Positions 15,835 through 23,185 of a DNA stretch of 44,069 bases are shown piece after piece. The stretch is from positions 1 through 44,069 of IMG/VR virus record IMGVR_UViG_3300015050_000731. One strand, given 5' to 3'. The notes below the pieces were generated by a model. The model did no database searches and had not been told where the DNA came from. It saw only the letters and a list, made by a program, of their open reading frames with translations. The stretch comes from a virus (lineage: Duplodnaviria; Caudoviricetes). Each line of letters begins with the position of its first letter. The stretch's first letter is position 1. The position numbers were made by a program, and so were the translations under genes.

Positions 15835-16370
15835 GCGCAATTCTGCACACCGCGGGCTTCCGCATCGTCGCCGTGGACCCCGGCCTCCGCGGGTGCGGCG
15901 TCGCGGAGTTCGTCGGTGGAGAGCTTCAGCGAGCGGCCTACGTCAAGAATCCCGTGGAGTCGGGGCGCGGCTACGAGGCTCACCGCCGCATGGGCGACGC
16001 CGTGCGCGAGTGGGCGTGGGAGCGCGGCTGCGCGCTGCTGCTCATCGAGCACCCGCGGGTCTACCCCGGCTCGGCACAGCAGAAGGGCGACCTGAACGAC
16101 CTCCTGGACCTGACCGGCGTGGGCGGGGCGATTGCCGCGCGCATGGGCGTGAGCGGAAGCAACCCCGCAATCGAAACCGTCTTCCCGAGCGACTGGAAGG
16201 GGCAGGTGCCCAAGGACATGATGACCGAGCGCATCCGGCGCTGCATGACCGAGGAGGAGCGCGTCCGCATCGCGAAGTGCCCCGCCTCGCTGATGCACAA
16301 CGTGCTCGATGGTTGCGGAATAGGGCTCTACAAGCTGGGCCGACTCAACAAGAAGGGGATCTACCCGTGA
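15831..16370 (+). CDS. RuvC-like Holliday junction resolvase
   Basis: IVAVDPG..GCGVA, LLIEHP, PSDWKG, HNVLD. Confidence 0.8.
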   Translation: MSAILHTAGFRIVAVDPGLRGCGVAEFVGGELQRAAYVKNPVESGRGYEAHRRMGDAVREWAWERGCALLLIEHPRVYPGSAQQKGDLNDLLDLTGVGGAIAARMGVSGSNPAIETVFPSDWKGQVPKDMMTERIRRCMTEEERVRIAKCPASLMHNVLDGCGIGLYKLGRLNKKGIYP

Positions 16371-16600
16371 TGACCGAAGAACTGCTGGCCCTGCTCAAGC
16401 TGTTTGAAGCGTCCACGCGCCCGCTCACGGCGCGCCGGATTGCCGACAAGACGAAGACCTACCAAGCCACCGCGAAGCGCCGCGTGGAGGCACTCCAGGT
16501 CGAGTTGAAGAAAGACCCACGGAACTACCAGATCAAGCGCACGCTCTACCGCGAGGGGAAGCGCGGGCCGTCGAGTACGGCGTGGGTGATGGTCAAGTGA
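16367..16600 (+). CDS. Winged-helix/HTH DNA-binding protein
   Basis: PLTARRIADKTKTYQATAKRRVEAL pattern. Confidence 0.6.
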   Translation: MMTEELLALLKLFEASTRPLTARRIADKTKTYQATAKRRVEALQVELKKDPRNYQIKRTLYREGKRGPSSTAWVMVK

Positions 16601-17405
16601 ACAGCTTTCCGTTCACCACGCAGCGCCCATTCACGATGGGCACGGGCTGAACGTGAACGATGCCGGACGCGGGCTCCATCCAGAAGACGCCGAAGCCATG
16701 CACCCAATCGCTGGCCTTGGCCTCGTGGATGTAGCCCGCGGCCTTTTCCGCGTCACCCAGCCAGCCCAACATCGCCGCGAGGTACGGAGGGCCGTCGAAC
16801 CGCCCCGTCACTTCGTACGCCATTCGGTGGGTGTGCCCGATGACGACTGAGCCGCCGAACGCCTTGGCGCTCGTCCGATGCGCGTTCATCCCCGCAGAAC
16901 CTGTATCATGTGTAAGGTTGAGCTTCCCAATTTTGGCGCTCTTGCGGTACGGGGTCCACTTCCAGCCCCGGTCGTGCAAGCCCAGAAGCTCCTGCCACTT
17001 GACCGCGTGGAACATCGCCGGGGCGCGCTCCATCAGGTAGCGGTCAAGCCGAAACTCGTGGTTCCCCTCGACGTAAATCTTGTTTTCCGCGCCCATCAGG
17101 TCGAGCTGGTCGAGGCACGCCTTCACCCCGTCCACCTCCTGGCCGAACGAGACGACGCCGGGTTTCGTAGCCGGGTGCGCGGAGAGCGTCTCGCCGTCAG
17201 CGAAGTCGCCCAGAATGGCGATGTGCTTCGGCTTGAGCCACTGCCCCACGCGGAGCATGACGTTCCACGCCTTTTCGTTGTGGTTGGGGATGTGGCAGTC
17301 GGGGATTAAAAGCCCGACTGCGAGATCACCAGCGTCACGGGCACTGCCACCGCTGCCCCTACCACCACGCCCAGCACCAGCCCTACGAGAACGGGAGTCG
17401 CCCAC
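16593..17405 (-). CDS. Calcineurin-like metallophosphoesterase
   Basis: DCH, GDFAD, GNHE, GHTH motifs; start uncertain. Confidence 0.88.
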   Translation of the reverse strand: MGDSRSRRAGAGRGGRGSGGSARDAGDLAVGLLIPDCHIPNHNEKAWNVMLRVGQWLKPKHIAILGDFADGETLSAHPATKPGVVSFGQEVDGVKACLDQLDLMGAENKIYVEGNHEFRLDRYLMERAPAMFHAVKWQELLGLHDRGWKWTPYRKSAKIGKLNLTHDTGSAGMNAHRTSAKAFGGSVVIGHTHRMAYEVTGRFDGPPYLAAMLGWLGDAEKAAGYIHEAKASDWVHGFGVFWMEPASGIVHVQPVPIVNGRCVVNGKLFT

Positions 17406-17611
17406 GATGGTTCCGCCTTGTGCAGCCGCTCTGCGCCCTGGAGCCGCTTCATCTCCGCGTCCACGGCTGCAAAGGCTGGCTCGTTGAACAGGTAACTCCC
17501 ATTCGGGAGCGCCACGACCTTCGGAGCGTCGGGCAAAACAACGCCCCCGTCCTGAGCCCTCGCCTCACATACGACAAGCGCGGACAGCAGGACGAGGGCA
17601 CGGCCCTTCAC
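17306..17611 (-). CDS. Exported protein with C-terminal TM; spanin candidate
   Basis: Signal-like N-terminus, C-terminal hydrophobic helix, in lysis cluster. Confidence 0.5.
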   Translation of the reverse strand: MKGRALVLLSALVVCEARAQDGGVVLPDAPKVVALPNGSYLFNEPAFAAVDAEMKRLQGAERLHKAEPSWATPVLVGLVLGVVVGAAVAVPVTLVISQSGF

Positions 17612-17871
17612 TTGAGCGTCTCTTCGACCTTCACCACCGCGGCGATGCCGTCCTTGGAAGGGTCCGCGGGGGCGGGGGGCTCCTTCTTGGGCAGCACCTT
17701 CACGAGGCCCTTGCCGATGTCGAGGACAGTCCCGAGGATCGGCACGTCCTTCTTCAGCAGCTTCAGGACCGTGATCGCGAGGCTCAGAAGCACGAGCACC
17801 GAAACCACGGCGACAACCAGCCAGCTCTGCGACTGCACTGCGTCGCCCAGCAACGTCAGCAACTCATCCAT
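17608..17871 (-). CDS. Holin candidate
   Basis: TM segment and charged C-terminus, directly after the endolysin. Confidence 0.55.
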   Translation of the reverse strand: MDELLTLLGDAVQSQSWLVVAVVSVLVLLSLAITVLKLLKKDVPILGTVLDIGKGLVKVLPKKEPPAPADPSKDGIAAVVKVEETLK

Positions 17872-17875
17872 TCGG

Positions 17876-18391
17876 TCACCCTGCCTTTCTGTGAACACCC
17901 TTCCACACTTCTTTCAAGCGAGTCAACGTATCCCCGCCCAGTTCCTGTGCCTTTTCCCACGCGAGGTGCAGCGGGAGCATGTCGGTTGCGGTGACGTATC
18001 CGGGGTAGCCGATGTGCGGAAAATCGTCGTACCCCTGGCCCGAGTGCAGACCGCGAGCGGTGGCCTCTTCGATGAGTACCCGGTACGCCTCTTTCTGCCA
18101 GTCGGGCTGGATGCCGGGGAGCAACTGGTTCTTGTCGAGCACGAAGTCCATCGCGAGCCCGAAGTTGTGCGCGCTCTGCCCGCCCTTGGCGTTGGTCACC
18201 TTGGGGCCGGGGACGGTGCGCCCCTTCGCCCACAAGGCCATTTGCGTCCCGTAGGTGTCGTACCCGCGGGTGGCGTGGTAGGCGAAGCCGCGCTCGTTGC
18301 AGGCTGCGATGACGTCGAACATGACCAAGCGGAAATCAGGCTCGATCAGGTCCAGGTCGATGCGTCTGAAGTTACCTGTGGGCATCGACAT
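17876..18391 (-). CDS. Endolysin, M15-family (L-Ala-D-Glu-type) peptidase
   Basis: Q.ALWAKGRT.PG.KVTNAKGGQSAHNFGLAMD...DFPH. Confidence 0.92.
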   Translation of the reverse strand: MSMPTGNFRRIDLDLIEPDFRLVMFDVIAACNERGFAYHATRGYDTYGTQMALWAKGRTVPGPKVTNAKGGQSAHNFGLAMDFVLDKNQLLPGIQPDWQKEAYRVLIEEATARGLHSGQGYDDFPHIGYPGYVTATDMLPLHLAWEKAQELGGDTLTRLKEVWKGVHRKAG

Positions 18392-18674
18392 AAACCCCCG
18401 CCTGCTTGTCGGTGAAGTCGCGCTTGCCGTCCGCGGCAGTGTCCGCGATGACGAAGCCCTCGACGGCGTGGCGACGGGCCTTCTCCGCACTCTCCGAGGA
18501 GTCCTTCTGAGCGCGCGAGTAGGCCCAGCCCACCTCCGCATACTTCTTTCCGAGGGAGTCGCGCGCTGCCATTTCCGACTCGATTTTCCGGTCGTTCTTT
18601 CGGGACAGGGACACGGCCACGGAGGCGAGGGAGGCCAGCAAGGCCAGTGCGGACATCAGGATCTCGGCGCTCAT
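18372..18674 (-). CDS. Single-TM membrane protein, holin/antiholin-like
   Basis: MSAEILMSALALLASLASVAV; ATGA overlap; directly before the endolysin. Confidence 0.55.
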   Translation of the reverse strand: MSAEILMSALALLASLASVAVSLSRKNDRKIESEMAARDSLGKKYAEVGWAYSRAQKDSSESAEKARRHAVEGFVIADTAADGKRDFTDKQAGVYVDAHR

Positions 18675-19357
18675 CGCTCGCACCAGTCCACGCTGACGGC
18701 CAGCACCCACGTCCCGGCGGCGTCGAAGACTACCGGGTTGCGGATCGCCAGAAGCTGCCCCGGCGCCAACTCGATGGGGTGGTCGCCCAGCGCGGAGTCG
18801 GACACCACCGTCCAGTCGCTCGTGGCACCTGCCGCGCCCACGGCCCCGAGGTGCATCGTCGAGAACTCCTGCGCCTCGTAGGTGATGCCCGTCACCGTCA
18901 GCGCGCCCGTGGTGCTGATGGATGCGAAGCCGCCCTCGCTGGTCTGTACGGCGCTGTTCGCCGCGCTCGCTGAGTCCTTGGGCGGAATGGCCGTCGAAAG
19001 CGTGGTGCCGCCCGACGTTGCCGCGCCCGCCCCCCGGTACAGGGCGAGCCGCCGCGTGGCGCTGATGGGCACCGTGTACGCTACCTGCGTGATGTACCTG
19101 AGCATCACCTTCGTCACGACCGCCGACTTGCCCGCTGCGGGACTGGTCCGCATTGCGAACACCGTCGCATTGGCCGCGAGCGCGGCGGCGACGATGCCGG
19201 TGCTCGATGACAGCGAGTAGCAGTTGGCCGTGGTCGGCCACAGCGACGTGCGGAGCGTCTTGTAGGTGGGGTCCACGGTGGCGAGGTCGGCACCTGCGCC
19301 CGACTTGAGCGGGATGCCTTGTGCGAGTGCGAGTGATGCGACGAGTGTGAGCAGCAT
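18671..19357 (-). CDS. Signal-peptide-bearing beta-rich virion-like protein
   Basis: MLLTLVASLALAQ; A/T/G rich; 2 Cys; GGAGG RBS. Confidence 0.7.
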   Translation of the reverse strand: MLLTLVASLALAQGIPLKSGAGADLATVDPTYKTLRTSLWPTTANCYSLSSSTGIVAAALAANATVFAMRTSPAAGKSAVVTKVMLRYITQVAYTVPISATRRLALYRGAGAATSGGTTLSTAIPPKDSASAANSAVQTSEGGFASISTTGALTVTGITYEAQEFSTMHLGAVGAAGATSDWTVVSDSALGDHPIELAPGQLLAIRNPVVFDAAGTWVLAVSVDWCER

Positions 19358-19360
19358 GTT

Positions 19361-20053
19361 TCAGCCTCCAGTGCAGTGAACTGAGACGGTACCCTCAAGG
19401 CCCGCCAGATTGAGTACGGAGACGGTGAAGCCAACCCCAGGAACAAGGTCGCTGACGGTCACACGGGCACTGGCGAGACTGATGACTTCCACGGTGAGCC
19501 CTGCGTCATCTGTGCCCAGCACTTGGCACATAGCATGGCTTGCCGAGGTGATCCACGTCGCCACCACGGTCTGGCTGAAAAGGCCCGCCCCCGTGAGCAC
19601 AACCTGCGCGTCAGCCCGGTTGACACTCCACGGTGGGCCTCCCCCGCCTCCGCCTCCGCTGGGGGTTGAGCAGGTGAGCACGCCAGCGGGCGAGATGTCG
19701 GTGACGTACTGCCCCACAGCGCACGCAGCGGGGTCGTGGTCGAAGGTGGCCGCATAGACTGCCGCGTCGGCAGAGTAGGCAGTCTGCGCCACCTGAGCGG
19801 TGATCGCTGCGTCGGCCATGTACGCCTCGCCCACCTTGCCGCCGTCGTAGCTTGAGCCGCCACCGCCGCTCGACGCCGCCGACAGGTACAGCACACCCCC
19901 GTCAACGCCACAGGTCATGTTCGTGCGGCAGTCGATGACGTACTGGCGCTGGCGAGTCGGCACACGCACGCCGTCCTGCCGCGTCTCGATGGGCGTCACG
20001 TTGAGGTTCATCGTCTGCGCGAGAATGAGCGAATGAATGAGTGAAAGCCTCAT
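19361..20053 (-). CDS. Signal-peptide-bearing fibre-like protein
   Basis: MRLSLIHSLILAQ; AxxAxxA run; CAVGQYVTDISPAGVLTC; Gly linkers; 6 Cys. Confidence 0.7.
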   Translation of the reverse strand: MRLSLIHSLILAQTMNLNVTPIETRQDGVRVPTRQRQYVIDCRTNMTCGVDGGVLYLSAASSGGGGSSYDGGKVGEAYMADAAITAQVAQTAYSADAAVYAATFDHDPAACAVGQYVTDISPAGVLTCSTPSGGGGGGGPPWSVNRADAQVVLTGAGLFSQTVVATWITSASHAMCQVLGTDDAGLTVEVISLASARVTVSDLVPGVGFTVSVLNLAGLEGTVSVHCTGG

Positions 20054-20406
20054 GGCGTGGATGCCTTCCGAGTCGCCCCGATTTGGACGGTGCCGCCCGC
20101 GCCCGACATGGACCCGCGGACCTCCAGCTCGTCCGTCCCCTCAACGTCAAGGTCGGCCATCACGGAGAGGAGAGCATTCACGGAGAAGAAATCAGGCACG
20201 GTGCTGGGTGCCCATGCGTCCATGCCCGCCTTGCGCCGGTAGACGGTGCCCGTGAAGGTCTGCGCGGCGTCCATGTTGAAGACCTGCACGGTGACGCGCT
20301 TGGCACCCTTGAGTTGGTCGCGCGTGAAGGAGCACAGCGTCGTCTCCGTGGGGGCCACGACCACGAAGACAGGCGCTACGAGTGGGCTGGAATGGGTGAC
20401 GCTCAT
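20050..20406 (-). CDS. Beta-rich hypothetical protein, no signal peptide
   Basis: ATG 20406 in ATGA overlap. Confidence 0.65.
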   Translation of the reverse strand: MSVTHSSPLVAPVFVVVAPTETTLCSFTRDQLKGAKRVTVQVFNMDAAQTFTGTVYRRKAGMDAWAPSTVPDFFSVNALLSVMADLDVEGTDELEVRGSMSGAGGTVQIGATRKASTP

Positions 20407-20567
20407 GGGGCACCGAAGAAGATGCCGACAAGCCGTACCACGACCCCGCAGGGGCCTTGGTAGGGCAGCGGCACGAGCCGACACAGCACACCAAGGCCGA
20501 CACCGGCCAGGAGCATGATGACGCGCCGGTTACGGATGCGCTTGCGCGGAGGTTTCGACTCGCCCAC
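20403..20567 (-). CDS. Small membrane protein (MGESKPPRKRIRNRRVIMLLAG..., 54 aa), not in ORF track
   Basis: Basic N-terminus, two hydrophobic stretches, stop overlaps next ATG. Confidence 0.55.
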   Translation of the reverse strand: MGESKPPRKRIRNRRVIMLLAGVGLGVLCRLVPLPYQGPCGVVVRLVGIFFGAP

Positions 20568-20670
20568 AGCTCAACCCCTTTGCGCCCGTGGAGATACCCT
20601 CCGCGGTGACGATCAGCAGCCCTGCAAGCACAACCAGTACGTCGTAGGCGATTTCCTTGAGCGTTTCCAT
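20530..20670 (-). CDS. Small membrane peptide (METLKEIAYDVLVVLAGLLIV..., 46 aa), not in ORF track
   Basis: GGAGA RBS, one TM segment. Confidence 0.5.
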   Translation of the reverse strand: METLKEIAYDVLVVLAGLLIVTAEGISTGAKGLSCGRVETSAQAHP

Positions 20671-20694
20671 TGTATTTCTCCGGTTGGCGCGGGT

Positions 20695-21501
20695 TTACAG
20701 CCACTCCTGGGGCACGTCACCGGCCACCACGGAGCACTCGACCGGGACGCACTCAGCCCCCGCCGCGTACTGCGAGGGGCCGACGTTGAACCCGCGCCAC
20801 CTGTATCCGCCGTCCATGAGCCCGTACGGTCCGCCGAACTGGCAATCCACCGGGCTCGACTCGTCCCACCCGCCGTCGCTGCGCCACCCGTTCGGGATGC
20901 GGCACGGTGAGTCGATCATCTGCAAGCGGTTGAGCCGCCCACAGAACGCCGTACCGTCGCCCGCGTCGTAGGTGTTGCAGCGCACCAGCTCGCACGACAG
21001 CAGGTCGTACTGGAGCGAGTCGTCCACGCCGTCCTCGCCGCCGTCATCCGCGCCCGCGTCGAGGTCGATGCCCACGAGGTTCTGGCGCAGGCTCGGCACC
21101 ACCACCTCCGCGTTCTTGCCGACCGTCATCACCTCCGTCCCGCCGTCTTCCGTCGTCAACAGCACCTCGCTCGTGAACGGACCCAGCGAGTCGCCGTTCG
21201 GTTTGAGACAGTTGCCCGTGGACCCGCCGTCAAGCACCTCGCTCCCGAAGCATCTCGCCACGCGGGCGACCCGCGCGTAGCTCTGCTTGGGCCGCAGGAG
21301 CCCCGGCTGGGCCAGCTCGATGCGGCGCTTGGTCTGCCGCGTCAGCCGCTCGGGGCAGATGGAGACGACCGGCTGCCCGTCTGCAATTCCCGCGTCCCTC
21401 AGCTCAAGCATCGAGCGCGTTGCAGGCTGTGGGGTGAGCAGCAGAAAACCGCCAGCGAGGACGCCGACAGCGACGAGCATTGCGGAGAGTCGGGAGTTCA
21501 T
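20695..21501 (-). CDS. Exported or membrane-anchored Cys-rich protein with DGG/DAG motifs
   Basis: Hydrophobic N-terminus, 10 Cys, TGATG coupling. Confidence 0.7.
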   Translation of the reverse strand: MNSRLSAMLVAVGVLAGGFLLLTPQPATRSMLELRDAGIADGQPVVSICPERLTRQTKRRIELAQPGLLRPKQSYARVARVARCFGSEVLDGGSTGNCLKPNGDSLGPFTSEVLLTTEDGGTEVMTVGKNAEVVVPSLRQNLVGIDLDAGADDGGEDGVDDSLQYDLLSCELVRCNTYDAGDGTAFCGRLNRLQMIDSPCRIPNGWRSDGGWDESSPVDCQFGGPYGLMDGGYRWRGFNVGPSQYAAGAECVPVECSVVAGDVPQEWL

Positions 21502-22811
21502 CAGCGGCACCGGGTGGGGTCGGGAGAGAGGCAGATGCGGGAAACGATGCCGTCAGCGGGGGCTGTGGTGCTGGCTGCGCCGAGAGCACCGGGAAGCACG
21601 CTGACGATGGTGAAGGCCGAGGTGAGCCCCCCTGCGCTCGTGGAGATGAGCACGCCGTCGCGGTAGTTGGAGATGGTGCTCGCCGCGCCTGCGCCCGAGT
21701 ACGAGCACGCCTGTCGGTACACCTGCCCCGCGACGTAGGCCGCGATGACCGTACCAACCGAGCGACTGCCGGAAGTCGAGAAGATGTCGCACTGCTGAAC
21801 GTTCGTGTTTGCCCGGTACAACTGCGTCCGGTTGGCTGCATCGGCCACGAGGTTCGCGCCAGCCGCCCACACCCCGCCGCCGTTGCCGCTCGGGTGTTGG
21901 ACGGTGGCCGCCCATGAAACGCCTGCGGCCGTCGATAGCGAGAGCCCATCGAACGATGCCGACTCCACCACCCGCGTCACCGCCGCGCTCGTCGTGGGGG
22001 CGATGCTCGTGCGGTAGGTGCGCGCCTCGACGTTGCAGCCGCCCCAGATGACCGTCCCCGTGTCGCTCGTGGCCGCGCCGTTGAGCACCTGCACTGCGAT
22101 GGCGACGCCGCTCGACGAGGCATCTGCAACTTCAACGATGCTCCACGTCGTCGAGGACAGGCCGGTGATGTTCGCCGCCGTGCCGTCGAGGCTGATGCGC
22201 GCACTCGTCAGCGTCCCGGCCTTGACGTAGCAACTCAGCAGGTACGCCGTCGCCGCCGTGACGGTGATGGTCTGCGAGCGCCCCTCGTAGGCCGCGCCGT
22301 CGTTGTCGTCAAACTGCACCGCGCTCGACGCGAGAGCGCCCGCGAAGGGTGATGTCTGCGAGCCGGTGAGTGTCGGCGTGCCGACGTCGGTCCACAGCAC
22401 GTCTGCGTACTCGATGAAGCGAGGGAGGAGGTTCCCGCCTGCACTCTCAACCAGCAGCCCGAGCACGCCGTTGGAGTCGTACTCGACGCGAGGCTGGCCG
22501 CTGCTCAACGTCACGAGGTCGCCGTTGGCGATGCCGGTAGTGATGAGCCCGCCCGTGGCGGTCTTGGTGCAGGTCGCGGTGCTGGCACGCGCGAACGTCA
22601 GCGCCTCGCCGCGCGCTCCCGTGGGCGGGGTGGTGGAACACGCGCCGAAGGTGCCTGCGCCGCTGGCCGGGAAGGCCTCGAAGAAGGCGTAACTCATCAC
22701 GCCGCCGCGAGCCCCTTCGTAGCGTCCAAAAGGCACACGCTCGACGCGGAGTACGCGCGAATCGGACGCGCCAGGAGCCTGCGCCAGCGTGAGGAGGATG
22801 AGCGCGAGCAT
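21501..22811 (-). CDS. Head-spike/tail-fibre-like protein with signal peptide
   Basis: TFARASTAT..PRVEYD..GLLVE..NLL..WGG.NVEA..TS.APTT.AAVTR fibre-family motifs; MLALILLTLAQ; 8 Cys. Confidence 0.75.
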   Translation of the reverse strand: MLALILLTLAQAPGASDSRVLRVERVPFGRYEGARGGVMSYAFFEAFPASGAGTFGACSTTPPTGARGEALTFARASTATCTKTATGGLITTGIANGDLVTLSSGQPRVEYDSNGVLGLLVESAGGNLLPRFIEYADVLWTDVGTPTLTGSQTSPFAGALASSAVQFDDNDGAAYEGRSQTITVTAATAYLLSCYVKAGTLTSARISLDGTAANITGLSSTTWSIVEVADASSSGVAIAVQVLNGAATSDTGTVIWGGCNVEARTYRTSIAPTTSAAVTRVVESASFDGLSLSTAAGVSWAATVQHPSGNGGGVWAAGANLVADAANRTQLYRANTNVQQCDIFSTSGSRSVGTVIAAYVAGQVYRQACSYSGAGAASTISNYRDGVLISTSAGGLTSAFTIVSVLPGALGAASTTAPADGIVSRICLSPDPTRCR

Positions 22812-23185
22812 CAGAAAATGGGCTTCTTTCGCGGGGTGACCATGAACTTGCACGAGCCCGCACTCGTGGCCGCGAGGACGCTGATGTGCAGGTCATTCTT
22901 GTCCAGAATGAGCATCACCTTGTCCTTGTTGTTCGTGAAGTCCACCAGCTCCGACGTCGAGACAGCCGCCGAGACGGTGCCGCCGAAGGCAGACGTGGTG
23001 CTCGAAACGTACACGTCCGTCGTACACTGCATGAGCACCTGCGAGCCGCGGGTCCACGTCGCGGAGCCCGTGGTACACGACGCGGTAGTCGCCGCCGCGC
23101 CTGTGGCAGTCGTCAGGGTGCAGACCACGGGCTCGGACGCGAGCGCGGCGGTCGAAAGAAGTGCTGCGAGAAGTGCGTATTTCAT
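22811..23185 (-). CDS. Small signal-peptide protein, spike-base-like
   Basis: MKYALLAALLSTAALA/SEP; 4 Cys; directly upstream of the fibre gene. Confidence 0.7.
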   Translation of the reverse strand: MKYALLAALLSTAALASEPVVCTLTTATGAAATTASCTTGSATWTRGSQVLMQCTTDVYVSSTTSAFGGTVSAAVSTSELVDFTNNKDKVMLILDKNDLHISVLAATSAGSCKFMVTPRKKPIF

